The notes under the pieces are model-generated. The model was given only the letters and a program-made list of their open reading frames with translations, was not told the DNA's origin and made no database searches. Shown piece after piece: positions 51,801 through 63,278 of a DNA stretch of 64,000 nt (its first letter is position 1; every line of letters begins with the position of its first letter). The stretch is from assembly GCF_037042905.1 (NCBI RefSeq), contig NC_087257.1:23064001-23128000 (forward strand). The letters run 5' to 3'. This DNA comes from Lytechinus pictus. Lineage: Eukaryota. The position numbers were made by a program, and so were the translations under genes.

Positions 51801-54800
51801 ACGAACCTTCGGAAATACGAACCTTCGGAACAACGAACCTTCGGAACAACGAACCTTCGGAATAACGAAGCTTCGGAATTACGAATGTATGCGGTTTTGC
51901 CCTTCTAAAAATACCATGGCACCGCCCCTGACACAGATGTACAACTTCCTTTTACGATTTCTCAGGGATAAACAGAAAGGGTTAGTCACTTTCATTAATG
52001 GTCAGATACTAATGACTAATTAAAGCAGATCACAGATGTATAGGCCTACGAATGCCAAGACGATGCACTTTTTATTAGATATCACTCGGAAGATATTATA
52101 TACAAGATGTGAGATACTGTTTAGGTATTAATCATAGCGTTTCACGTTATAGGCCTACATCGAATAAGTTTATTTCGGAAATACAACTAAGGCATAGGTT
52201 TCGATAATTATGCAAAAAATAATATCTCGGATAAAGGTGTCAACGAATAGCGAAACATCCAGGCAAATGTAATAACTTAAAAAAGAGATAAGCCTATATA
52301 ATGCAAGTTTTCTCAAATTCACGAATTTCACCGTCCTTTCAGAACTCACTTACGACTGTACGACCAAAAGGGTGAGTGTGGGAGGGGCTGTGCCCCTATC
52401 GATTTTCGTGGTCGACACTTATTATTTCATGTATTCTTATTTTTTACATATATTTTTTGAATGTATTATGGGTCCGGCATAGCCAATTTTTTTATTATTA
52501 AAATTACTAAAATTTTAGTGTCAACTTCTCGCAATATAAAGACAATCATTTTTAAAAAGATCCTTTTTTTAATACAGAAATTATAGTCGTATAGAAAAAA
52601 AAAAGAGGTGGGAAGTGGGATAGGTTTTTTTTACGTGACTAAATGGAAACTGGCATTCTTATTCACTGGAGACAGTGGCGTACCGTGGGTCACGGCATTG
52701 GGGGGGCACCAGCAAAAATTTTGAGTCACTTAAAGAGCGCGCGAAGTGCGCTCAGTTGCCAGGTATACTGACATAATAGAGACATTTTTAGGATAGTGTC
52801 ATTAAACGGATATGTATCTCACTGATCACATCATGCGAGCGCGAAGCGCGAGCTGAATTTTTTTGAAATTCAGACCTAAAAAGGACATTATAACCAAATT
52901 CTTGTAATCATAATACATACCTGTCTCGCTAAACAAACCATGCGAGCGCGAAGCGCGAGCTGAAATTTTTGTATATATTGACCCCAAACAGGGACATTTT
53001 AAGGACTATATTTTAGGAATCCATTAAGAGTATACATATCTCACCATAGTCATCTATTGTGAGTGCCAATCTCTTGCTGATTTTGTTAGACTAATATACA
53101 TCTAAACACATGAAGCACTTTTTTAAATCATTGTAATCATGGTTAACATACGCATCTCACTAATCAAATATTGCGAGCGCGAAGCGCGAGCTGAAAATTT
53201 AGGAAATTCAGACCTGAAGAGGGACATTTTAAGGCTTGTTTGTAGGAATTCACGAAGATCATACGTATTTCACTAACAAAAATATGTGAGCGCGAAGCGC
53301 AAGCTGAAATTTTTGCATATCATTGACCCAAAACAGGGATATAAGGACTATTTTTTTAAGGAATCCATTAAGAGTACATATCTCACCATAGTCATCTAAT
53401 GCGAGTGCCAAACGCATGCTGATCTTGTTAGAATTACATGTAAATGACACATGAAGCACTTTTTGTAGTCATTATCATATACGCATCTCACTAACCAAAT
53501 GATGCGAGCGCGAAGCGCAAGCTAAAATTTTTTGATATTCAGATCAGAAAAAGGGACATTTTAACGACTGATTTTGGGAATTCATGAAGAACAGACATAT
53601 CTCACCAATCCACGAATGCGAACGTAAGCACGGACAGGAAATTGTTTATATTAAGACCTTAAAATGGGGCAATCACTTTAAGTAGTCATGAAATAGAAGC
53701 ATATGTCACTACATAAACAATAATAATTCGAAGTGCGAGGAAATATATTTGGTGTATATTGACTTGAAAACGGGAGGTTTTAGTACAACAGGATTATATA
53801 TCTTGTTAAACATACAATGCGAGCACCAGGAACAATGGAGACATAGTTCCTGCGCAAATTATGTTTCATAAAGTTATGATTTTTTTTTAAATGTAATATA
53901 ACATAACATAATTATAACATAATATAACATTATAATTAACAATAATTTCTTCTTTCCCCACTACGTTTCTTTCCCTTTCTTCCTCTTTTTCTCCTTTTCC
54001 CCGTTTTTTTTTGGGGGGCCAGCCGATTGGGGGGGGGGCACGTGCCCCCCCATGCCCCCCCGTAGTTACGCCACTGACTGGAGACAAGGGTCGTTTGCAC
54101 TTTTCTCCACATCCGAAGCTTTCATGTGGTGCAGAAAAAAGTTTGAGAATCGTCCACTTACCAATGGGTGTTAACTTCACAGTGTGAATCAAGAAACACA
54201 AGAACCTCTCCGCGTGCTTCCCTCGCCCCTCTGATTTTCGCCCTGGCCACCCCTTCCCTCTGAGTGGTACGGACCAATTTCACTTTGCCCCGTACCAATT
54301 TCGGAATGTTCTGTAGTTTTTTCTCCAGTTCATCTGAAAAAAATATATATATTATAGGGTGACTGCACTGCATGGGTCTGACAATTATATTGAAAGACAC
54401 AAAACTGTAAAATAATATAACATGAAATGGGAACGATAGGTTAGACAGACCCGGATCTCGGTTAAGGGGGCACTGGGGTAGGTGCCCCCCCTGCCCAAAA
54501 ATGACAAGGACCTCAGTTGGCACCCATTTTGATACGCTCGTTTTGACGATAGATAGATAGACAGAAAGAGAATAAGAAAACAGAACGAAGGGAGAAGAAA
54601 ATGGATAAAATATCTATAACAAAAGCTTGACTTTATAATACTCTTATAATTCATGACGTCACAGGCAAGTCGCACTGCCCTCCCCTGTCTAAGTAAACCT
54701 TAATTGGTGCCGCCCTCAAGAATGTAACAAAAGCTGGGATGCAGGTTTATGTGAAATTTATGTATGAACCTCGAATAGATTTTTCGAGGAAAAATGAAAT

Positions 54801-57800
54801 AAAATCAAAGATTTCCTGCATGACTACGGTAATAACTGTTCTTGACTGTCAGATTTTAAAATCCCCGTTTACACGACTTCCTGTATTTTTGCTGACATAA
54901 ATCAAGCAAGTACATAACAAGGTTATCGCTCCCCAAAAGGACATGTTTTTGCATATCTACTGTAGGCCGTGTAAAAACAAATTAAAACATCAAAGAAGCC
55001 AACAGAAAGAAAAAAAATCACATCACAAGCACAGGCACAAAACAGGTTTGTATAGAAAAACTCGAATATATTACACACATCTATTCAATATTATTTTAAG
55101 AAAAAAAGTGAATACCCGAATTAAGTCGCAGTTTCGACATTAAAAAAGGGACCGAATAAGTTGATTTTGTTTTGAATATAACATTGTGCAAAACTAGGTA
55201 TATTGTAAATATACGTAGGTATAAATGACGTTCTTAAATAGAGAAAAAGGTGCAATAAGAAGACGGGAAATGGAGAAGAAGGAATACAAAGAGAAATAGG
55301 AGGAGAACAGGGAGGGTAAGAATTATGATTACAAAAAATAAAAATAAAAAAGGAGGAGAGGGAGTAGGAGGAGAGGAGGAAGAAGAATAATAGTAAGAAG
55401 AAGAACAAGAAGAAGAAGGAGAAGAAGAAGAAGAAGAAGAAAGAAGAAACAGGAGGGGAGAAGAAAGAAGAAACAGAAGAAGAAGGGGAAAAAAAGAGAA
55501 TAGGAACAATAAAATATCAAACAGTACATGATGAAGAAAATAACATTTTAAAGAGGTTACATGGATGCATGTGTTCATAAAAATACCTTTTTAAAATGTC
55601 ACATTACGGAGTATTCTTACTCTTGGAACTATCAACGTTCCAGTCACACCAATGACACGACTAAAAACCGACCAATGTTATGTCATTGGTATTAATGTAA
55701 ATTATTTTGTTACTCAGGAATTTGTCGCGCCGTTGTGACTGAGGCAAACTGAGGCATCTCATACCTCACGGAAAAAAAACCCAAGGAGTTCTTGGTATAA
55801 AAGAGAGAAGGCAGATTGAGTTTCAGGTTCAAACGCCGGTCTCGGATTAACCCCACGAGAACTTTCCTACATTGGTGTACTTGGTAAAACAGCATCTTGA
55901 GATGGGAATGGGTTGGGGTTCTATTGACCCCTCTTTCTCCCCTCTCTCTTTTTTTCCCTGTCTTCTCTCTCGATCTTTCTCAATTTGTCTTGCTTTTGAT
56001 TCATGATAATACTGGGATTAACCTGTCCCTTGCCCCCCCCCCCTCCCACTACACTCTATTTGGTTTTATTTTGCCCAAATCCATGAATGTTTCTTGTTGG
56101 GTAAACTTTTTTAGAGTGTAAGTATATACACGAGTGGATTGACCAGATATAGAGTAATATACTTTTAAGTGGGCATATAACCTTAAAATGTTTATGGATT
56201 TCTATTTAATGTGTCTCACAAGGATATTGTGCATGGGCGTAATAGCTCCCTAACAAGATTTTGTTCTTTAAAACAGGAAACCAGACTGTTTTCATTTCAA
56301 ACACTAATTTAGCCTACACATTCGTCTAAAATAATTATAGTTCCGCATCATATCAATGACTTTGAACAATATACTAGTGACTTACAGATAGCCCCTATAA
56401 GCAAAACAAGTATTGAAAGAAAATAGACACTGTTGATTAGCACGCGATCAACGCATAAAGCGTTATGTGTAAAAACGCCATAAACCTAGATGCTTCTGAA
56501 GTTAGAAGATATATCATACAGTATAACCGTCGAGAAAATGAGAGTAGCTTTAAGAAATGTATTACTGGTGATTTTTTTTTTCAATCAAAAATATAAAAAT
56601 GATCCAGGCATCTTAAAGGGGAAGACTGCTCTCCAATTTCAAGACATTTTTTTTTGGTCAAGATTCTGAGAAGTTTGTTGCCAAGATTTTAGGACGTAAT
56701 AATCAAGGGGCATTTTCCAATCATGTGGTTTTTCGGTCAAGTTCTTATCTCGAATCTTCATACTAATACGTTGTGATATTTACTGGCATACGCAAGAAAA
56801 CCAAGGTACTACTTTTAATTAAACATATATATAAAAAGAAAATCCCCAAATAATGCACCATAATCTATAACCAACCTAATTAGATTGTTTCCCCATTTAT
56901 TACGCCGCTGATCACCATTGTGATCACTTAAATTTACAACATCGACAACTTCAACAACGCCGGCAACAACAACATCGCCATCTTCAACAGCATCATGAGC
57001 ATTACCAACGACAAATCTACAGCAACTTCATAAAAAAACATCATCAAGAACAACAACAACTCGGCAGCATCAACATGACCTATAAAACAGTGGCTCTCCC
57101 ATGTTATAAGGCTCCTATTTCCGTTATTATTCGTTTTAGAGCTCTTTCGCCAAGTGAATCTTCTATCATCATTAGAAAGTCCTATATATCAGTAGATGAA
57201 TCATATCATTAATCCACCACGACATTCATGTGGAGAATAATTGATGAGGAAACTCAAACTTGAGCTTGGATATAGTACAACACTCCATAGGGTATAGGGT
57301 GTGGTACTTTTCCTTTGATAAATGGCCAGTTTGACATTTTTACATAAAGAAATCAATCCTTATTAATTGTCTCACTCACTGTGCTCGCTCCCATCCCCCG
57401 AAAAGTGTACAATTTCAAAAACATCTTCCACTTTAACGTTAAGGAATCCCTTAATTGTTGCCCCTGATCACCATCACCTGATCACTTACACAATACAGCA
57501 CCGACAACATCATCGACAACAACATAATCAACGACAAGAACATCGATGATCAAATACATAATCATTAACAATAACTCAACCAACCATAACAACATCATCA
57601 GATACACTAACAACATAATCATCAACGACACAAACCAATAACATTAACAACTACAAATCGATAACATCCACATGACCTATAAACTAGGAGATCCTCCCCG
57701 TATAATAATTATTATGAGGCTCCTATTTCCGTTATTATTCTTTGTAGAGCTCTTTCGCCAAGTGAATCTTCCATCATCATTAGAAAGTCCTATTTATCAG

Positions 57801-60800
57801 TGAATGAATCATAATCATTAATCCACCACGACATTCATGTGGAAATAGTTGATCAGTGATATTAGACTTGAACTTGGATCCAGTACACTACCCCAGGGTT
57901 TTGTGGTGTGATAAGGAGGCGCATATGGGATCAGTTTGTGACGTGTTTGATGTAAGTTTTGATGACTCAGCCAAGTTCGCCTTGACAGTGTCATAATGTT
58001 ATGACCAATATCGTAGATACACCACACAGCATGGTCTATATTTTATTCTAGTTGGTGGAGGCGGAAAGGTTTCCAACGTTGAGTAGGTTGTATAGGGGCG
58101 ATTCCAGGGAACAACTTCTGTATAAGTTTCTGTGGAAAATCCTCACTTTGAACCACTGGTGTATTATGAGGAGGGGGGGGGGGGGGGGTAAGGGGCTTGC
58201 AGGCAGTGTCCCCAAACATGGGCCACCATCAAAAAAGGGAGAAAGTGGTTAGGGCCGGGGGAGAGGGAAAAAGTGAAATATGATAATATTTTCCAAATAC
58301 ATTGTCAAGATCTATCACAAACACAGTTATTCGTACTAAAAGGTAAAACGTTGGCCGCTCGGTACTATTATAAAATTGTATCCCACACAATGTATCATAT
58401 AAACTTGGCCCACTAATTTCTTTTAACTCTTTACGCAACCACTTTAAGTACTTCAGTATTCAAGCATAATACTAGGTTTATCATAACCACTTTCTGTCGA
58501 GGGTAAACTAAAATATTTTGTGACCAATTCCCCAATTCACGTCCTGGATATCATTTTTGAATGGTTTGGAAGTACGGGAAATGTCATGTAGATAATGTGT
58601 CCTAAAACTATAGTCAAATTATTGGAGAGACACCTACGAGATTATGTTCCAAACTGCATGGACTGACGAATATTTATGAGAACGTCACATTGACCATAAT
58701 TATACCCTACCTAATGTGCGGATAGGGTAATATCGTCCCTTTGATTATACGCCAATCTTTGAATATCGATTTCCTTTTCATCGGCCCATAATCAATATTG
58801 AAAGGTATAATATGAATGAAACATGGGCGGTCTTGGGTTAAATAAATCTTTTTAGGGGGGAGGATAGGAAACATGAATAAACAAGGTATAGCATGTAATC
58901 ATAGAATTAATAGAAAATAGAAGGATGTAAGTCATCCCTGCCCCCCCCCCCTCCGTGGCGCCGCCGCCCCTGCTTGGATAACAGATTCAGATCGATAGGA
59001 ATGGCGACGGTTCGAGAGGAAATATAAGTTAGAATGGGGGTGGGGAACTATGCAAACGAGAGAGGAAACCGGTCAAACTATTAACCTCTAGAATCCGTTC
59101 AGGCGCTCCAACCGAAAAGAATCTCCTTGCCATCCCACCATTCACCCGCCTTCCGTGTCGCATTCTCGATCGGGACGATGATTATGGCAAGCGAAGATTG
59201 GCAAAATGCCCCCATTATACGCGCAGTTATTTATCCATAGAGACCTCAGATAAGGGGTTTGTGGATATTCTGATGCACGTCGCCTGCCATAGACGACTAA
59301 ACAAAATTCACGGGCAGCTGTCTGTACTACACAGATGGTAAATATGTGCTGACCCTAAAATGAAAATATGTTTTATTCTCCACGAAGACATGAAAGGAAT
59401 GCTTCCTCGTGTACGACGATGAAAGTGAAAGGGCCAGCTGCCACGCTAACTTAATTTGTCGACGTTTATTGTGACGATGGAATAATCAAACAAAATGGGA
59501 AAAGCGAAACCCGCCAAATTTGATGAATATCTATCAAAACATTATTGCATCATTATGATGAAAGATAGAGAAGAAGGTATGGGCGGGGGTAACGCTCCCC
59601 TTTCCTGCGGTAAACATAATAATTTATCATACATACGGATATATACAACGATTACAACTTTCAAAAGCTCACCATTTTAGAAATCCATTTTGTCCAATTT
59701 CGTTCAGATCGAATTTCACTAATCTGCTTTTCTGACTTTGATATTTTGTTATTAATTTCCAAACGTGGAATAGTGTAATCTTTAATAATACATAAAATTA
59801 TTGAAAGTTGCATTTATAATACCATCTGTGCTGGCGTCGTCGACGAGTACGACTTCGGCAAGAATGTCGTGTGGTGTACGGTTGACCACGCTGTGAACAG
59901 TCCTCATGAGCGTCGACCACGCCTCGTTGTGGAAGACGATGATGACGCTGGCTGTAGGAAATTTCGAGAACCGATAGGTGATGTCCTGACACCTATAATT
60001 TTGGAAGGAAATGTGTTGATTTTTTTTCTTTAGCTTGTGACCACTTTTAAAGATAATTATGTATAGTAACAGCAAAGTATTAGACAATAATCATTAGGTT
60101 TGAAAACGTGTCGTGCTAGAATATATTACTATTAAATACCAACAAAATTAATATCGAAGAATATCACTAAAATATACCTGTAACACTCCTACTACTACTA
60201 CACAATCAACCAACAGCNNNNNNNNNNNNNNNNNNNNNNNNNNNNNNNNNNNNNNNNNNNNNNNNNNNNNNNNNNNNNNNNNNNNNNNNNNNNNNNNNNN
60301 NNNNNNNNNNNNNNNNNNNNNNNNNNNNNNNNNNNNNNNNNNNNNNNNNNNNNNNNNNNNNNNNNNNNNNNNNNNNNNNNNNNNNNNNNNNNNNNNNNNN
60401 NNNNNNNNNNNNNNNNNNNNNNNNNNNNNNNNNNNNNNNNNNNNNNNNNNNNNNNNNNNNNNNNNNNNNNNNNNNNNNNNNNNNNNNNNNNNNNNNNNNN
60501 NNNNNNNNNNNNNNNNNNNNNNNNNNNNNNNNNNNNNNNNNNNNNNNNNNNNNNNNNNNNNNNNNNNNNNNNNNNNNNNNNNNNNNNNNNNNNNNNNNNN
60601 NNNNNNNNNNNNNNNNNNNNNNNNNNNNNNNNNNNNNNNNNNNNNNNNNNNNNNNNNNNNNNNNNNNNNNNNNNNNNNNNNNNNNNNNNNNNNNNNNNNN
60701 NNNNNNNNNNNNNNNNNNNNNNNNNNNNNNNNNNNNNNNNNNNNNNNNNNNNNNNNNNNNNNNNNNNNNNNNNNNNNNNNTACTACTATTACTTCTTCTT

Positions 60801-61379
60801 CTTCTACTAATGATAATGATTTCGTAATATACTCTGCAATTTATATTATTGTTTCAAACAACTGCATCATGAAAAACAACAACACAGACACAACAAAAAT
60901 GGTGATAATAGGCCTTAAAATAATATAGCAACCATGAAATAATAATGGAAAAAAAATCCCGATAACTATGATAATGACCTTGAATCTCTTGTGTCTTTGA
61001 CGGTTCTCTCCAAAGAAATCTTATCACTGACCACCAGGTTAAAATTATGGATATGTTTGGTCTTCTTCGCCTTCTCCACGTCAGCCACACCAGACAACAT
61101 CAAAGGCTGACCTCCTTCCCCTGGACCAAAACGAGGAATATCCTTGTCCAACTGGCCCAGGACCGAGTCCAAATCACGGTGGTCAAGGTTACGCTGACCA
61201 ATACTATGCGCGTTGTGCGGGTGGACGACGGGCGCTCCGGCCGCCGCTATGTCGGCAACCATGGCTTGCCTGACATTGTTGAAGATGTGCTTGTTCTCGT
61301 GGTGAATGAAGAAGAGGAGAAATGCAAGCGAGAGCCAAGCTGTCCCTGAGATCACCACTGTCAAATATACGCGAGGCAT
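18863..61379 (-). CDS. GALNT: Polypeptide N-acetylgalactosaminyltransferase (GT27/GALNT family), about 590 aa, 10 coding exons: 61379-60979, 59992-59823, 54333-54162, 25110-24910, 24064-23947, 23196-23008, 22450-22313, 20859-20767, 19692-19555, 19015-18863
   Basis: N-terminal TM anchor ([25 protein letters not shown]) and stem ([19 protein letters not shown]). Catalytic domain: [41 protein letters not shown] (DxH), [49 protein letters not shown]. Ricin-B lectin repeats: [14 protein letters not shown] and YCLDV..C..GTQKW. All junctions are GT-AG with continuous phase. The paralogue number cannot be assigned. Confidence 0.93.
22074..22257. mobile_element. piggyBac-like MITE
   Basis: TAAA|CCCTATCTAGGCCGGGG ... 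CCCCGGGCTAGATAGGG|TTAA. Confidence 0.65.
26210..26798. mobile_element. Non-autonomous Kolobok-type MITE with long imperfect TIRs
   Basis: AGGGATGGTC ... GACCATCCCT|TTAA, with more than 100 bp of internal inverted similarity (ATAGAGTAAAATTC..AAAATGCTGAAAATT..AAGTTATTGAATTTTAAAG and its reverse complement). Confidence 0.75.
28851..29011. mobile_element. Harbinger-like MITE, same family as 13918-14074
   Basis: GGCCTGTTTCATAAA...TTATGAAACGGGCC TIRs. Shares the core ATGGCAACTACCATGGTAACA..GCAGCCAAT.AGAATCAAGG. Confidence 0.6.
29550..29681. repeat. Inverted repeat / MITE core
   Basis: TTGCTCTACGGCGGCCGTACGG..AGTCGAAAACAGCCGTTT pairs with AAACGGCTGTTTTCGACT..CCGTACGGCCGCCGTAGAGCAA. Confidence 0.75.
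30773..31126 (+). CDS. THAP zinc-finger exon of the transposase
   Basis: C-x4-C...C-x2-H with conserved P, W, F and an AVPSIF box. Donor AAA|GTAAGT at 31126/31127. Confidence 0.92.
30773..40402 (+). CDS. THAP-domain DDE transposase (Kolobok-type), about 918 aa, 6 exons: 30773-31126, 33031-33141, 36510-36587, 37072-37149, 37438-37512, 38342-40402
   Basis: Exon 1 is a THAP C2CH finger ([33 protein letters not shown]). The last exon has a Pro/Ser-rich linker, a C4 zinc ribbon (CAKC..CFCG) and a DDE core ([40 protein letters not shown]). The four small phase-0 exons have canonical splice sites and no stops, and one encodes a basic NLS ([13 protein letters not shown]). Inclusion of the small exons is a prediction. 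Confidence 0.82.
35506..35979. mobile_element. Kolobok-type MITE in a transposase intron
   Basis: AGGGGAAGTT ... AACTTGCCCT|TTAA. A second, truncated TTAA|AGGTCAAGTCC element follows at 36053 to about 36410. Confidence 0.65.
36630..37057. repeat. Tandem duplication (2 x about 211 bp) in a transposase intron
   Basis: AATTCCTAGTTCAATGGAAATTTCAGTTATTTGAGA... starts at 36630 and again at 36841. Confidence 0.9.
38342..40402 (+). CDS. Transposase catalytic exon ([12 protein letters not shown] type)
   Basis: Uninterrupted 686-codon exon with D (GDGR), D (TDRH), DxxH (FDVWH) and E (GSIEAYH) motifs. Acceptor TTTCAG|GAA at 38341/38342. Confidence 0.92.
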   Translation, partial: ERTFQSSDSSTQTCLEDIDDNGLREESTQWPPDFDAINIDHNYPQTQLPVVWPCCAKSKLNSKTQGSSPLTEPSMAMPPPPPPSQSPSGSPPTAPGPPLPSMTVTTSQESVSISPRPSPESELHVQPSEILTPLLSPKNSSMSDESSSDELTSSQDSSSSSTSLYNTGTSSDPSYLPSDEESSSSEPEDEPPQLRYVKEKKFLVFEECLDTLLYSQKCAKCGSGQICEIKKYCVGTMLVADLTCFCGNVFKWSSQPKIGKQPVGNLLTASAILLSGKTYEQLRFFAELLNLQFLSHTTFNSIQNAALLPTINHFYEENISSVKREVKCRNDQVVLCGDGRCDSPGYNAKYCTYTFIDMKSNKILDMSVVQVTEASSSVAMEKIGCQRTLEKILQDGINVATVATDRHTGIRKMLRELYPYIIHQFDVWHLTKSIGKRLITKSKQKECSELCQWTQAINNHIWWAAQHCRGDPDLIIEMIQSITHHICNIHQWNSCDQYHNCAHREFTEEEIEARKWFVPGSKAHTALQEVLFDTRLVKDMRHLTQACHTGSIEAYHNLYLKYAPKRLHFKYPAMLGRAQLAVLDHNHNVETKQATVKCPRRGTAPKGSPRYRYVFSKHTKEWIRKKVPEDKDYTYLWEVMVAVLEVKMGEFLPEDPIIPHLPENIAPVPRPPRAEIDSRATTRFTS
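40340..41218 (+). repeat. Tandem array of 7 x 125 bp copying the last about 20 codons, the stop codon and the proximal 3' UTR of the transposase
   Basis: Unit starts CCAGTACCT at 40340, 40465, 40590, 40715, 40840, 40965 and 41090. Copies are nearly identical. Degenerate relics continue to about 41505. Confidence 0.95.
45145..46685. mobile_element. Non-autonomous TIR element (GAAGA..TCTTC termini, ATAT TSD; Sola-like) containing a nested related element
   Basis: ATAT|GAAGAGCTTGATTCCAAAAGGGGCTAAAT ... ATTTAGCTCCTAATGGAATAAAATTCTTC|ATAT. Confidence 0.65.
45741..46575. mobile_element. Nested dimeric TIR element (GAAGAG..CTCTTC, ATAT TSD; Sola-like)
   Basis: ATAT|GAAGAGTTTAGTTGCAAAGGGGTTAGGTCCA ... 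TGGACCTAATCCCTTTTGCAAGTGAGCTCTTC|ATAT. Two roughly 420-bp related units are joined by an 18-bp-arm hairpin at about 46126-46168. Confidence 0.7.
49237..50821 (-). CDS. Stand-alone P2X7 C-terminal ballast-like (P2RX7_C / probable KolX) Cys-rich protein, 196 aa, 2 exons: 50821-50430, 49435-49237
   Basis: Exon 1: [37 protein letters not shown]. Exon 2: [45 protein letters not shown]. These match the P2X7 cytoplasmic ballast pattern (WCxCGxC, CC, C, RHCAYR, LPSC, GQYSGF). The phase-2 intron GA|GTAAGA ... CCAG|A restores the frame. Confidence 0.88.
49703..50276. mobile_element. TIR element in the intron of the P2RX7_C-like gene
   Basis: TAGCCAGGCGGC..TAGAGAGTAAAAATCATTTA ... TAAATGATTTTTACTCTCTA..GCCGCCTGGCTA. 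No clear TSD. Confidence 0.55.
51489..51896. mobile_element. Foldback element built from short tandem repeats (TTCGTAATTCCGAAGG family) in two opposed arrays
   Basis: Left arm has repeats of TTCG(N)5CCGAAGG and right arm has the reverse complement CCTTCGGAA..ACGAA. Flanked by a 16-bp direct repeat TTGCCCTTCTAAAAAT (51473-51488 and 51897-51912). Confidence 0.75.
52673..54076. mobile_element. hAT-like non-autonomous element with internal tandem repeats
   Basis: TIR CAGTGGCGTA...TACGCCACTG with a perfect 8-bp TSD ACTGGAGA (52665-52672 and 54077-54084). Interior is made of diverged repeats carrying GCGAGCGCGAAGCGCGAGCTGAAA. Confidence 0.88.
55370..55490. repeat. (GAA)n microsatellite
   Basis: Visible triplet run. 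Confidence 0.85.
57068..57895. repeat. Diverged local duplication (about 220 bp conserved, about 600-bp period)
   Basis: CATGACCTATAAA..GGCTCCTATTTCCGTTATTATTC..AGAGCTCTTTCGCCAAGTGAATCTTC..TTAATCCACCACGACATTCATGTGGA occurs at about 57075 and about 57671, each preceded by CAA-rich sequence. Confidence 0.85.
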
Positions 61380-63046
61380 CTTCCACAAGTTCTTGAAAAA
61401 CAAAAGCTAAACAAAAAAAGTTCCAAGCGAGACTCAAACTAAACTGTGAATATCGATCCTTTGGCGCAGACGATATACGACTATAAGAGCGCAGTGGATT
61501 CCAGACAATACTAGTAGTATAAATATATTTTTCATACACGCTATAAGGTTTCACCCCCCAAGCAAAGGAAAACATGCAAGTTCACGAAGGCCTCCAATAC
61601 AGGAAACGGTTATATGGCGATGGTAGGTTTTTGGCGGCATCCATGCACACTAAAATTTTTCGATATCATTACAACTGGACATTGATTGCACTCAGAGGAC
61701 ATCAACAACAAATTGAAGACCTTAATACGACAGCTACACCAACGAAACTAGGGACTCCAATCCGGATGGTAGCATAATGGCATTGGTGATATCCGAATGT
61801 TTCGTAGGTCTAGAGTTGGTATATATGCCTGAGCATTATAATCAAATGGCTAGATTAAACGCATATGAACTAACTGGTGACGATGGTGATGATAATAAAT
61901 CCATGGGATAAAATAATTCGCCCCAAATAATACATGGATTTGTTCATGAAGAAAGTTATATGCAAGGCGATCAGCTAGACCTTTAGCATAAATATTTACA
62001 TACATGTACGCACTGCGGGTCACCTTTGATTGGAAATGATGTTCGCGCTGAGAAGTTTTAATCAGGTCAGATTTTCCTTGATTAGTTTTAATAAGTTCCA
62101 GTTCGTTCAGTCAAAGCGTTTCACATGGTTTAATCCATGCAAGATGAAAAGATGTAGCGTAGCAGAGATGAAGGAAAGGTGGTGATTTTTTTAACCACTA
62201 ACATTCAATTTCCATGAAAAACATCCTCCAAACAGCGGGCTTTCGACATGAGCCTATATTCATTCTCCAATACACTTTCACTGCGGGGATATACAGTATC
62301 ACACTCTGCTCATAACCCTACGATCGAGACTAACTTGAACTTCACTAAAAATTCCCTGGTCGATCACGAACCAAGCTGTCAAAAGTCATCCATGGTCTCT
62401 TCACTTGACTTTGGTCCAAATTCGGCCCAGATGTAGATCGATAAGCCAGTTACGACCGAGGTTGAGGCTAGAGTTTGATCAACTTGGACTTGTACTGCTA
62501 CGATGTTTGTATGGTATACCAGTGAACCAAGTCGAAGGAATGACCCGCGCATGTACCCTTGGGAGATTATAATAGAACAGGTGATGAAGAAGTTGTATCA
62601 TGGTCGTGGTATAGCGTGAGACGTTTGCGATCCTTCTCCCCGGGCCTTCTCCCTCCCTCTCCGGCTCTCTCTTGATCACTCTTTCTTGAATTGATGTCTT
62701 TTTATGTGTCACATCCAAAGACGTTCACACACGCGTGCAAGTGATCTTTATCCCACGATCTCTTCTTTCTTACCCCCTCTCTTTATCTTTCTTTTCACTC
62801 TTCCCACTTTCTCTCCCTTCTCGGCTCTTGGTTCCCGCCTTTCTTCTCATCTCTCTTATTTGCCCCCCCCCCTTTGTGCATCGTTCGGAATCTTGATGTT
62901 ATGTTTCGTTGCTTTTTTGTCCTTTTGTGTTTGGTTTTGTTTTGCATTGTGTTGTCTCAAGTTATCTTGTTTTGTTATTTGCTTTCATGACATATGTTTT
63001 GGGGCGCGAATTATAGCGCAAAGTGAAGCATAGCCTCGGGGACCTA

Positions 63047-63278
63047 CACTCTAAATTACAGGGATTTAAAATAAGTCCAGATGGACTGTAGCTAGGGACC
63101 AATCGATTTCTGAATTTAGTTTTAATCCTAACGACTTAAATTTAAATCTCAAATGATTTAAATTAAAATCTTTCGAGATTTAAAAATGAATCTTAAGGAT
63201 TCAAACTAAATCCGGAATTCGATTGGTCCCTAACTACAGTCCATGTGGACTTGTTTTAAATCCCTGTAATTTAGAGTG
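63047..63278. mobile_element. Palindromic MITE with CACT termini and TA flanks (EnSpm/CMC-like)
   Basis: TA|CACTCTAAATTACAGGGATTTAAAA ... TTTTAAATCCCTGTAATTTAGAGTG|TA, nearly fully self-complementary. Confidence 0.8.
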
